Assembly (NCBI RefSeq): GCF_006345805.1
Contig: NC_043003.1
Location: forward strand, 46,934,001 to 46,998,000
Length of the DNA: 64,000 nucleotides
Reading direction: 5' to 3'
DNA from: Octopus sinensis
Lineage: Eukaryota
This document shows positions 12,201-24,680 of this stretch, in pieces. A program made the translations under genes and the position numbers. The number at the start of each line of letters is the position of its first letter. The first letter of the stretch is position 1. The notes beneath the pieces were generated by a model. That model did not search any database and was not told the origin of the DNA. It saw nothing but the letters and a program-made list of their open reading frames with translations.

Positions 12201-12250
12201 ACGTATATATATATATATATAATATATATTATATATATATATATTATATA

Positions 12251-12317
<67 letters not shown>

Positions 12318-12596
12318 GAGAGAGAGAGAGAGAGAGAGGGAGGGAGAGATAAAACTTACTTGGAAAAGGATGCGTGGCGTTCGATCATATAACAATATAA
12401 ATAATATATAAATATATGCATATATACATACATATATGTACATACCTACATATATATGTATATATACATGCATATGTGGGTACAGGACATAAAAAAAAAA
12501 ACGTTGAACACAATGAGAAACGAAAACATAGAAACGAACTTTTTTTCAAACGACAAAAAAACAGAGAAATGAGACATACAACATAAAGAATATTCT

Positions 12597-12908
12597 AATA
12601 TGCTAATCGCTGGTGTATCCCTTCAATAGAAAACAACTGGCCCTTTCAAACGAATGTTTATTCATGACTCGATTCATTAGCATAAGGAATCGTTGAGACA
12701 TCCGGTGTTTCAACGTCGTTTTGTCTCTTCAGTGAAAGCTAGTCTTGTGAATTCTGAGCCATTCGTATATCTTCTACAGACATGGTGTATAGCAGTCGCA
12801 GTCTCGTCATCTGATATTCAAGCTCAGTCTTTCGGGCAGCACATATGGTATCCAGGAACTTTGATGCAATCGGTTCCACCAAGAATTGTTGACTAAGATA
12901 AATTACCT
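12597..12908 (-). mobile_element. 312-bp unit, copy 1, carrying a hammerhead-like motif
   Basis: One mismatch seen versus 22780-23091. Confidence 0.85.
12693..12736 (-). ncRNA. Near-canonical type-I hammerhead ribozyme motif
   Basis: TTCA CTGAAGA GAC-AAAACGAC-GTT GAAA CA-CCGGA-TG TC TCAA: intact core, GUC triplet, G.U at base of stem II, one C.C mismatch in a 4-bp stem I. Confidence 0.55.
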
Positions 12909-13251
12909 TCTTCAGTTGTCCCTGTTTCATCTACTCCGCGTTCGAAGGTAAGGACACAAGACGCGACTTCGTTGAAACAGTCCTTCCCGCAAAGCAAATT
13001 AAATAAGATTTGGGATTTTTTTGCGGAGGGTGAAAGTGGTAACAAGAACAGGACGGTGAGAACAATAAAATTAAAAACAGTAAAAGACAGAACAATGAGA
13101 ACAAAACAGTAAAAACAAACGAGGAGGGCTGCCGTTTAAATGCTTGTGCAAGGCATCCTGTTGACGACAGTCCATTTCTGAAGTGACTGTTTCTTTTCGG
13201 TTTAACGCTTCATGATAAACGACACTCTTCATAACTTTTTTTTCGGATTTA

Positions 13252-13573
13252 GTCTCATGGCTCAATGGTTTTAGCATCGGACTCACAATAATGAGGTAGT
13301 GAGTTCGATTCCCGAACCAGGCTGTTTGTTGTACTCTTGAGCAAGACCCTTTTTTATGTTGATCAAGTGTAGAAATTAGTTGCGACGTCACTGGTGCCAA
13401 GCTGTATCGACCTTTGCTTTTCCCTTGGATAACATCGGTGGTGTGAAGAGGGGAAGCTAGTATGCATGGGCGACTGCTGGTCTTTCATAAAAACAACCTT
13501 ACCCAGGCTTGTGCTTCGGAGGGGAACTTTCTGGGTGCAATCCCATGGTCATTCATGACTGGAGGGGGTCTTT
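13252..13573 (+). mobile_element. SINE-D full-length
   Basis: tRNA-like head (TGGCTCAATGG; GAGTTCGATTCC); colinear with 43258-43590. Confidence 0.88.
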
Positions 13574-13634
13574 AGCCTTTTACCATGGTTTGAGGATAAT
13601 TTCGCCTTTTTCATTGGTGTTAACTATTTCGTTG

Positions 13635-13975
13635 GATGATTATAGAGAACTCACATTTAATGACTTATTATGATTTTATCTGGGAAAGGTTCTGTAATGA
13701 GTTTGCTCTTCACTGACGAGCACAGAACAACTTTCGATTAAGTTGAGAAGCAATCGGATGTTGAAGCATTCTCTGATTAGGTTAGACACGTTTCTTAGTT
13801 CACGAAAGTGTTTTACGATAGAAGTATGACTTGAATTAAAATTTTTCCCTAATTCTCGTGCGGTTTGCTTTAGATTTTCCTCAACTAATGTTTTCAAAAG
13901 CTCAATATTGACAGAGAGGAATCTGCGAGAGAAAAATTTCCTTTGCAAAACTGTCCAGGCCATCGCTGGCATGTT
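13635..13975 (-). pseudogene. Mariner transposase fragment (HTH to first catalytic D)
   Basis: LLKTLVEENLKQTARELGKNFNSSHTSIVKHFREL, then EPFPDKII...VLYN; resembles Hsmar1-type LRAIIEADP..TTREVA..EPFLDRIVTCDEKW. Confidence 0.75.
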
Positions 13976-14092
13976 CTAATAATTAAAGCTTTTGAAACAG
14001 ATTTTAAAGAGGTAAAATTGATACGAATTGAACAACTATATATATACATATAGTATAAAGTAATCTGCAAAAAAAGAAAAGAAAAATACATT

Positions 14093-14257
14093 AGAAACTT
14101 GTTTCCCAACCACATGGTTCCGAGTTCAGTCCCACTATGTGGTACCTTGAGCAAGTGACTTCTTCTAAAGCCTCGGGCCAGCCAAAGCCTTGTGAGCGGA
14201 TTTGGTAGACGGAAACTGAATGAAGCTCGTCGTATATATATGTGTGTGTGAGTGCGT

Positions 14258-14330
<73 letters not shown>

Positions 14331-14520
14331 TATTTCTGTTTGCCTCCCACCCCACCATCGCGTAACATAGCGGTTCGGCAAAGAAACCGATAGAATAAGT
14401 ACCAGGCTTTTAATATAAGAAATATGTACCGGGGTCAATTCATTCGACTGAAATTCTGTTCAGGGCTGTATTCCATCATGGCCGTTGGCTAATGACTTAA
14501 ACAAGTAAAAGATAAAAGAC
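14093..14520 (+). mobile_element. SINE-B with internal (GT)n
   Basis: Head, microsatellite and diverged 3' module are all present. Confidence 0.85.
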
Positions 14521-14869
14521 AACACGGCTTGTAGCAACATAAACATAAGGCCAGAATAAAAATAAAAATAAAAGTAATAAAGCTGCAGCAGCTATCTTGG
14601 CACAGCAAACATTAAAACACAACAATCAACAATTTAACAAATATAAACAAAAAGCAAGAGATAAACACATGTAATTCCATATTTATGCCAGAGCAGGCAA
14701 GAGACACTAAAACACTGTATATTTCTAGAATAAGCTGCATTGGTCATATCACTTCATGCGATATCAGTACAGACAGCAGTTAGCTAACATTCCTAGTGAA
14801 TAGTTTAATAAAATTATCATTAAAAAGAAATCAGACTGGAAGAAAAGAAGTGCAAAGTTCTGAGAAAAC

Positions 14870-15430
14870 CATGACCTAACATCCTTTATTTTTACATGCG
14901 AGGTAGAATTTCTATCGTGACTCCGACCCAACATCCGCTTTACACTCGAAATAGAACTTCTATGGAAATAGTAAGCCAAAATTTCTTTTAGATCCGAGAC
15001 GGAACTTCTATAAAACTGTGAACCGATTCAACAGTCGTTATACCACAAACAGAACGACGCAATTTTCCTTTTATACCCAAGGTAAGACTTCTATGATGAC
15101 TGTGAGACGTGTTCTTCTTTATATCTAAAATGGATCTTCTACAGAGACACTCCATATAGCACTTTTGGAGGAGATTGTGAGCCTTCATCCTTTTTACACG
15201 CGAAATACATTTGCTATGGAAATTGTAACCCATCATTATTCTTTACACCCGAAACAGAACTTCTAAGCAGACTTTGACCAACATCCTTTGTGGACCCAAC
15301 AACTTTCTGAAGCCCCAAGTAAGAATTTCTGTGGAGACAGTGACCCAACGTTCTTTCTACACTCGAAATAGAATTTCGCTGGCGCGTATGATAAAAAAAA
15401 TTCTTTTTGATACCCTAAACACAAAAAAAA
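14870..15430. repeat. Degenerate ~48-bp tandem array (~10-11 units)
   Basis: Recurrent unit close to TTTTACACCCGAAATAGAACTTCTATGGAGACTGTGACCCAACATCC. Confidence 0.8.
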
Positions 15431-15479
15431 TGTTCTCCGGAAAAACCACACAACGCAAGGCAACAAAACAATCTCAATG

Positions 15480-15655
<176 letters not shown>

Positions 15656-15689
15656 AGCCTGTTAAAAATCAAATCAAAATCAAAAGACA

Positions 15690-16045
15690 TTGGTTTAAAA
15701 AAAAGTACGTTGGATAATGTACTATAGGACACAATATGCCTGAAAAAGGATGGGATTGCCATTGCTGGATTGTCTATAATTACACATCTACGCAATCAAG
15801 AATTACCTGGAACTAAACAAGACCAAAAACCAGATAACAGTAGCCAACTTGGGGCCTCTGCATAGGTATTAGATATGGAGAAAATAGCAGCTAAATTCCT
15901 TCAAAATAGACTTCCACTGTCTTTTTAAAAAGTAGGATACACTGGAAAACGTAGTCCTCGGTATTTACAAAAAGTTAGGTTGGTCACGACTGGAAAAACC
16001 TTGATGGTAGATAGGTCTGCTGAATCAGAATTGAACTGAAGCTAG
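15690..16045 (+). repeat. Old dispersed repeat family F (two partial copies)
   Basis: Shares TTGGATAA(C/T)GTA, GGTCACG(A/G)CTGGAA and AG(A/G)TCTGCTGAA motifs with 23340-23985; weaker match at 44690-44795. Confidence 0.55.
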
Positions 16046-16479
16046 ATGACAACTACAACGACCGCGGCATTACTTGCAACAACTGCTGTCTAACATGCGC
16101 TCGCGCGTACACACACATACACACTAAAAAAAACATACAACTGTTAAAAAATAAATAAATAATTGCAATAGCAAGTACAAACGACTGCAAGACGAAGTAG
16201 GAAAGCAGTAGTAATAACAATAACGACCACAATAACAACAACTACAACAAAAATATAAACAATAAAATAAGCAGTGAAACACTGTGTATGATATTAAACA
16301 ACAACAATTACCCCCCACCCAGCAAAGGTCAAACGGCATTAGACGTTACATTAGCAATTTCAGTATAAATACCCATAATTCAACGTAGTTCTTTGTTGAT
16401 TTAGTTAATGGGAAACAATCTAAACACATGACTTTCATAGACTCGCCCTGCCTATAGAGATCAATGTGAGCTGATGTTC

Positions 16480-16680
16480 AGCTTAGCTCTTATGCATTTA
16501 AACTGACAATATCACGCCCAAATATTCAAATTCCTTCATGTTCAAACCAGTTAGATCCGGCCTCTCATACCTACTTTACAATGTAATTCTAAAATAAACA
16601 ATCACATCATAAAATCTCGAAAGTATAAGATAATGCATGATTAATTCAAAATAATGTGAATAAGTACTGCATTACATCAA
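16480..16680. mobile_element. Possible old MITE half truncated by SINE-B
   Basis: Resembles, from recall only, a TTAACCCTTTAGCA-ended (piggyBac-like) repeat; the terminus is degraded here. Confidence 0.3.
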
Positions 16681-16682
16681 TA

Positions 16683-16835
16683 GGCGTAGGAGTGGCTGAG
16701 TGGTAAGTAGCTTGCTTACGAACCACATGGTTCCGGGTTCAGTGGCACCTTGGGCAAGTGTCTTCTACTATAGCCTCGGGCCGACCAAAGCCTTGTGAGT
16801 GGATTTGGTAGACGGAAACTGAAAGAAGCCCGTTG

Positions 16836-16870
<35 letters not shown>

Positions 16871-17197
16871 TAAGTGTCTCTACTATAGCCTCGGGCTACA
16901 GTAGAGTGGATTTGGTAGACGGAAACTGAAACAAGCCCGTCGTATATATGTATATATAAATATATGTGTGTATGTCTGTGTGTGTGTGTGTGTGTTTGTG
17001 TGTGTGTGTTTGTTTGTTTGCCTGACAACCGATGCTGGTGTGTTTACGTTCCCGTAACTTAGCGGTTCGGCAAAAGAGACCGATAGAATAAGGACTAGGC
17101 TTACAAAGAATAGGTCCTGGAGTCGATTTGCTCGACTAAAAGGCGGTGCTCCAGCATGGCCACAGTCAAATGACTGAAACAAGTAAAAGAGTAAAAG
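16683..17197 (+). mobile_element. SINE-B with internal duplication of the head 3' half
   Basis: Head 16683-16830, (TA)n, repeat of AAGTGTC...GCCCGTCG at 16871-16942, microsatellite, 3' module. Confidence 0.9.
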
Positions 17198-17399
17198 GAG
17201 AGAGAGAGAGTTAGGTCGACGACTGCAGAGAAAAACATGACCGGTAAAAGAACTTCAGGAAGTTGTCGTTCTGAATAAGAAATATAAAGCCTTGAGAAGG
17301 ATTCACATAATGGTTGACAGCATGAGGAAAGAAGAGAACGTCGAGTAGCTACGCTGGCTGTGGTATGCAATTAGCTATCGAGGAGAAGCGGATGTCATT

Positions 17400-17592
17400 G
17401 TAATATCGGTTTCACACTTTGGCACAAGGCCAGTAGTTTCAGGGGTGGGGATTGACTTATTTTTAATCGATCCCTAAAGGATGAAAAGTAAAGCCGACCT
17501 CGATGGAATTCAAACTCAGAACGTAAAGACGGATGAGATGCCGCTAAACATTTTTTTTCCCGACGTGCTAACGAATCTGCCAACTAGCCCCC
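17400..17592 (-). mobile_element. SINE-A, tail-1
   Basis: Reverse-complement match to family A. Confidence 0.8.
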
Positions 17593-18264
17593 TTTAATGA
17601 TGTCATCGTACTACCAATATAGAATACAGAGAGATGACAGGGAATATGTGTTCTAGAAGATGGAGTGTATTGGTGTGTGAATCTTTGGCAATAAGAAAAC
17701 TCCTTTACCAAACAATTTTCCAAATCAATCTGTAAAAAATTGTGCGAAAAAAAAAAGGGAGAAACATAAAACGTTTCCCTACTAGACACCTTCTTACCAT
17801 TCCTTCAGCTACTGTTGATTCACTACTGAATAATAAAAAGCCCCAGTATGCTATCATTGAAATTATTTATGCTGGTTGCAAGCCTACTTGTCTAAGCAAG
17901 CCAGGGTGCTCCTTGGCCACAAGCACCTACACGGAATTATAGAAAAAGGGTAAAAAAATCTGAAACAAGTACCGTAAAGATGCTCTAATCAGTGAGCCAA
18001 TCCACCACCCTACATTCCTACTTTATTTTATCTATATCGGAAGAATAAAAGACAAAGTTGACGGTGACGGGATCTGAACTCAGCACGCAGAGTCCCGGAA
18101 GGAATACCACAACGTATTTTACCCACGCTCAAATTTCCGTTAATATACTATCTTATATCAAAATCCACTAGAGTAATCCCTCAAAATACCATAGCCACCG
18201 AACATGAGAAAATGCCTAATATATACATAAAACACTGAGAACCGCGAAAGAAATTTTGTCTTTA

Positions 18265-18663
18265 ATCTTTTATTTGCTTCAGTCATTGGACTGGGGTCAT
18301 GCCGAGGCACCCCTTAAAGAGTTTAGTCGAATAGCTCAACCTCAATACTTATTTTTAAGTCTGGTATTTATTCTATCGGTTACTTTGCCGAACCGCTATG
18401 CAACAGGGATGTAAGAAACCAACACCGTTTGGTGGAGGGAGACACAACCACAAAAGAACTCACGTACGCACACGCACACATGCACACGCATATACACACA
18501 CAGACAACAAACTTCACACAGTTTCCGTCAACCAAATTCACTCACAAGGTATTGGTCGACCCGGGACCATAGTAGGAGACACTTGTCCAAGGTGTCACGT
18601 ATTGAGACTGAACCCGATGCCACGTAGCTGCAAAGCGAGTTGCTTAACCCCTCAGCCATGCCG
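18265..18663 (-). mobile_element. Old SINE-B
   Basis: Diverged head, (CA)-rich interior and 3' module. Confidence 0.75.
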
Positions 18664-18819
18664 AAGTTTTGTGGCAATCAGCAAACTCATATACTCAGAT
18701 CAGAATCATAACAATTCTAAAATCTAACGAAATTTAATCAAAGCCGTATAACTCAGACCCACCATTCTCCAGCACAATTCCTTCAAAATTCTAGAAGATA
18801 TCGTCAACATATGGATTTC

Positions 18820-18855
<36 letters not shown>

Positions 18856-19038
18856 GTAACTGGATCCCCACTACTGTACCTTTGCCTCCATTCTATTCAC
18901 TAATCTCACAAAAAACATGAAGATTTCAACAACTAAAAACTTATACATTCTAAAACCTCTTACTACTCCATCTACCATCAACATCAGCAAATCTTTTCCT
19001 TCTATTCAGCGCAAATCTAATATAGAGATTTAATAATA

Positions 19039-19203
19039 GGCGTAAGAGTGGCTGTGTGGTAAGTAGCTTGCTTACCAACCACATGGTACCGAATTCAGTC
19101 CCACTACGTGGCACCTTGGGCAAGTGTCTTCTACTATAGCCTCGGGCCGACCAAAGCCTTGTGAGTGGATTTTTTGTAGACGGAAACTGAAAGAAGCCCG
19201 TCG

Positions 19204-19264
<61 letters not shown>

Positions 19265-19504
19265 TGTGTGTGTGTGTGTGGTGTGTGTGTGTGTGTTGTG
19301 TGTCTGTGTTTGTCCCCCCACCATCGCTTGACAACCGATACTGGTGTGTTTACGTCCCCGTAACTTTGCGGTTCGGCAAAAGCGACCGATAGAATAAGTA
19401 CTAGGCTTCCAAAGAATAAATCCTGGGGTTGATTTGCTCGACTAAAGGCGGTGCTCCAGCATGGCTACAGTCAAATGACTGAAACAAGTAAAAAAGAGTA
19501 AAGA
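19039..19504 (+). mobile_element. SINE-B full-length
   Basis: All three parts present; ends GAAACAAGTAAAAAAGAGTAA. Confidence 0.93.
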
Positions 19505-19533
19505 CAAAACACAGGACAGGCTCATAAAATTGC

Positions 19534-19565
<32 letters not shown>

Positions 19566-20311
19566 CGAAAACAACGACAATAATAAATGGAATAATTTTT
19601 TTTTTCTTTTTCAGATTTTCTTAACCTCCGGATTTTGGCCCAAAGTTGATTCGACGAAGTTTCTCAATTAGTCACATAGCAATTTTTCAAAGTTTTATTT
19701 TTGTTCGGAAGTGGGAAATGTTTTCGAGCATTATCACTGTTACTGCCTTTTCGTTCTGGGTTATCAAGATATTTGATAAACACCAAAAATGATTTTTCGC
19801 ATCAGTGAACATAATTTTATTGCAATAAGCGAGGCTATTTAAAGGACGAGAGGTAGACAGTTATGTAAACAGGACGCTTATGTATATAAGATTTAAATTT
19901 GCAAAACTGACTATTCTTAGTAGCAGATACAATTTTTAAGCAATAAAGTTCATTTTTCAATATCTGGCAGATTTATGGAGAAAAGCGAAAGAAATCGTCC
20001 TCCATTTTTCCGTTTTATTATGCAAAGATAAACTCTGTTTCATTAAATATTAAGTTTCTTCTCAGTATATTTATTTCTAAATTAACTATACGAAAAAAAT
20101 AAACTAAAACGAATAAGATGAAAGCAATGCATTTGTTTTTCTCGTGAAAATATTTTTATTTCCGTTTTTGAGCCACTACATTAAGATAGTAATGTTCTAC
20201 TAGTTGCTATTCACAATATATATTAGAACCAGTTATTAGGGTTAGGGTTAGGGTTAGAACTCGACATACTTTAGAAAGCGTTAGACGAGTAATGAGCGTA
20301 ATATCAAATAA

Positions 20312-20824
20312 TCTATATATATAAAACTGTAGTTGTGTGAGTGTCTTCTCCTACGATTTAGATTCCTAACTCCTCCCACATTTTGCGGTGCAGTTTAACC
20401 AAATTCGGGTATCTTATAGTCGTGATTAATATCGAGCCCGTCTGGCTATTAGCGCGCGTCTACGATGAGTCTACGATTTTTAAAATAATTTAACATCATT
20501 TTTTATTCCATTTTAATGCATAATTTTTCGTGTGTCGATGGCGGCGGAGTTGGCGTCCACGCTCACACACCTGCACCTGTATTTGCTTCTCCCCCTTCTT
20601 CCCTCCTTCGTGAAGCGTGGGGAGGGAGTTTAAGGAAATCAACGTCGTAATGCGTTGTCAAGGAGACCAGCGTTCTTTTAGAACAACGACTTCATGCTTG
20701 AAGACACCAAAACAGAAATGGCTAAAAAAGCCCGAATTGGCATCTATAAAGGAAGTAACTCTCTAAAAATGCTTATATAGTTATTTCCCTTACAAACCCG
20801 AGCAACGCCGGGCGATACTGCTAG
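20312..20824 (+). mobile_element. Non-autonomous Helitron
   Basis: 5' TC (A|TCTATATATATAAAAC), subterminal hairpin CCCGAGCAACGCCGGG (20797-20812), 3' CTAG|T; inserted in AT with no TSD. Confidence 0.88.
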
Positions 20825-21379
20825 TGAATAATAAAAGAAAGCCAGGAGTTATGTAATCACCTTCATTAGCTTACCGTTGTTTCTGCTACTAGTTAAGATA
20901 TAATACACACAGAGCTGAGTGCATTACTTACAACAAAAACATCTGTAAGCTAACAAAAATGATTACGTAATTCGTGTTCTGTTGTCCTTCATATATATAT
21001 ATATGTGTGTGTGTGAGTAAGTATGTAAATGTGTGTATATATTCGCGCATGTGTGTGTGAGATGTGTGAGTGTATTGTGTATATTTTATGCGGAGAACGA
21101 ACCATTGTGAGACGCGATGTGGGGAGTATAAAAGGAATTAGCTCAGTAATTAGAGAAGAAGGTATTGAATGAAACACGACAGCAGAGATGTCATAGATTT
21201 CCCATGAACTGGAGACTCAATATTTAATAACCAAATCAATTATATCGTCCACTCGGCTCCATATTTTTGGGCCGACCATAATCGTGGGCCGATTCGTTTC
21301 TTTGTTTGCAATTGTATTCTTCTGTCTCTCCCACAATCATATATGCACATGCGCATACATATTCAGACATGTATTACTG

Positions 21380-21415
<36 letters not shown>

Positions 21416-21490
21416 ATTTCTTCTGTTTGTTGTGTGTGTGTGTGTGTGTTGTGTGGTGTGTGTGGTGTGTGTGTGTGTGTGGTGAGTGTA

Positions 21491-21532
<42 letters not shown>

Positions 21533-21589
21533 TGTATGTGTGTGTGTGTTCTGTTTATGTCGTGTCTGTGTGTATGTGAATTTGTTACG

Positions 21590-21860
21590 TTAACTCCTCA
21601 GAGACTAACCAACCGATCTTGATGAAACTTGACACATGTGTGGGGCTTTTGTTCATGCGGTCACTTGCGCACTTGCAATTTTCAAAAATCAGTAGAACAT
21701 TTTCAATGCAAATTCTCATATGAATGTTATTTTCTGCCATAACTTTTAAAGTTTTCAACCGATTTTCTTGAAATTTTATACACAGATGGAATATGTGATA
21801 AGGATGGGTTGAGACAAATAAATTTTTACCTAGGCCACTAAAGCAAAGCGTAAGAGGATT
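21590..21860. mobile_element. Possible Helentron/HINE-like remnant
   Basis: Follows a (TG)n tract; two internal CCGAT(C/T)TT..TGAAA(C/T)TT..ACAC motifs typical of such elements; termini not resolved. Confidence 0.4.
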
Positions 21861-22216
21861 TTTGATTAACTGATTAACGAAACTTGGCCTAAATTGCTGT
21901 GGAGTTAAAATGGTCATCAATTATTTCAGCGTTCTCAGGTTGCTGTATTTTCTTAACACCTGCATTTGAAATGATCGATTCTAAACGTTGCATTCATGTT
22001 CTGCCAGCCCTCTCTTTCTCATCGTTTCTCACCCCACTTCTACGGTCCTCGAACCTCGCGTGCCAGCGAAAAAGTTAATCCATAAGCCGTCTGGAGCATT
22101 TTATAAGTTTCGATAACGTTTTTGGAGCGATAAGAGTCGCAACACATACTATAGAATCTTTTAACAACTCTACCAATCGATCTTTTATACACACGCGCGC
22201 GCACGCACACACAATT

Positions 22217-22734
<518 letters not shown>

Positions 22735-22779
22735 TGCGATCACATACATTCGTTCTTTGTTCCAGCAGATTGGAGCGTA

Positions 22780-23091
22780 AATATGCTAATCGCTGGTGTA
22801 TCCCTTCAATAGAAAACAACTGGCCCTTTCAAACGAATGTTTATTCATGACTCGATTCATTAGCATAAGGAATCGTTGAGACATCCGGTGTTTCAACGTC
22901 GTTTTGTCTCTTCAGTGAAAGCTAGTCTTGTGAATTCTGAGCCATTCGTATATCTTCTACAGACATGGTGTATAGCAGTCGCAGTCTCGTCACCTGATAT
23001 TCAAGCTCAGTCTTTCGGGCAGCACATATGGTATCCAGGAACTTTGATGCAATCGGTTCCACCAAGAATTGTTGACTAAGATAAATTACCT
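22780..23091 (-). mobile_element. 312-bp unit, copy 2
   Basis: Near-identical to 12597-12908. Confidence 0.85.
22876..22919 (-). ncRNA. Near-canonical type-I hammerhead ribozyme motif (copy 2)
   Basis: Identical to 12693-12736. Confidence 0.55.
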
Positions 23092-23339
23092 AGAGACGCC
23101 ATGGGCATACACTGAATAGTTGAGTGTTAACAGCATGTTCAGTGTAGGGAAAAGCCAAAAACTAGTATTAGCTCGGAGCTACCATTAAAATTGCTTTTCT
23201 TCTTCTTCTCCTTCTTCTCCACCTCTTTCTTCTTCAGCCCTGATCTGGCTCATCTTTGATCAACAAAGAATGGAATATCGACAGCCTCGATAATAACGTG
23301 CTTGCACTGACGAGTCAAAGAGTCATCTGCATAGTCACA

Positions 23340-23985
23340 CAACTTGCAAGAAGTATCAGTCTATCTTACTCAAATCACATCGTACACTATTTAAATCTGA
23401 AAGGAATACACTGGTCACTATGGTCGTGCACGCATTATGTTCGAGTAAAAGACTGGATGGTCACGAATGGAACGCTGAAGTTAACCTCTAACATAAAGAA
23501 CAGGAACAACATACTTAACAACCGAGCTGATTCAATGATGATGATGTCTACCTGGTCGCTAAACCTACCAGAAATACCAGCAAAATTTCACTCAAATCTC
23601 ATCGTATACTATTTAAAGTACGAAGAGAACATTGGATAACGTAGTCGTAGATGCATTTTGTTCAAATAAAGAGGATGTGGTCACGGCTGGAACTCAGAAC
23701 TAACGTGGGGGGAAAGAACTACAAAACAACAGAAACAGCATACTTACCAGAACTGATCCAACAAGAGAATGCCTACATGGTTGGTATACCTGCTAGACAT
23801 AGCCCTCGAATACCATCAAATCATGCCTATCGTCTTAAGGAAGGACAGAATTCTTTACTAGACATACAAACGAGACAAGATGAGTTCGTGTCAGCTGGAA
23901 ATAAAAAAAGAAACCTTTGATTATAGATCTGCTGAAATGCTTTGATTATGGGTTTACTCAGTCAGGGTTGACCTGAGGCGACATA
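23340..23985 (+). repeat. Three degenerate tandem copies of repeat F
   Basis: ACTCAAATC(A/T)CATCGTA(C/T)ACTATTTAAA occurs twice ~220 bp apart; third looser copy from ~23790. Confidence 0.65.
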
Positions 23986-24187
23986 AAATATGCGAGACAA
24001 CAGATGCTACAGGTACTCACACGTCACTCATGTAATTATATTGATATATTAACTAATTATAATTATGTCTATTATTGATAGCATAGAAAATATTTAGATC
24101 GTATCGAGATATGCAGAAGATACATACAAGTGTATGTCTGCTATCTGTGTGTGTATATATGTATGTATATATATATATATAATATAT

Positions 24188-24260
<73 letters not shown>

Positions 24261-24680
24261 AATTATAATATATATATTATATATATGCATGCATACATGC
24301 ATGTACGTATACACACACACATGTATGTATATATATATATGTGTGTGTATAATACATACATGCATGCATGCATACATACACACACATACATGCATCATTA
24401 CATACATATATAGATACATACACATATATGCGCTTACATACACACGCGCGCATACACCCAAAAACATTGGCAGATTATAAAGTATATTCAGCCACCAGTT
24501 GCGATTAAGGCTTTGTACCTACTTACATATAGACATACATACATCCACAAAAACATATAGACAGTCACCCGCGCGCGCGCACACACACACACAAACGCGC
24601 GCGCGCGCACACACACACACACAGGGGTATATAGTCAAATGTACGTGCGTGCACACAGGCACAATGGCAGATTATATATA

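Larger units (their letters stand above)
12472..13075 (-). mobile_element. Penelope-like pLTR-type remnant interrupted by a 312-bp insert
   Basis: Removing the insert restores ACAACTGAAGAAGG(G)AATATTCTTT, homologous to 63236-63410. Class assignment is inference. Confidence 0.5.

Noticed and set aside
12693-12930. ORFs on both strands of the 312-bp unit (and 22876-23079)
   Set aside because: Short, no recognisable domain, depend on non-ATG starts or flanking repeat sequence; better explained as non-coding.
14870-15430. CRISPR-like periodicity
   Set aside because: Contiguous degenerate units without constant repeat/unique spacer structure; no cas genes; eukaryotic context.
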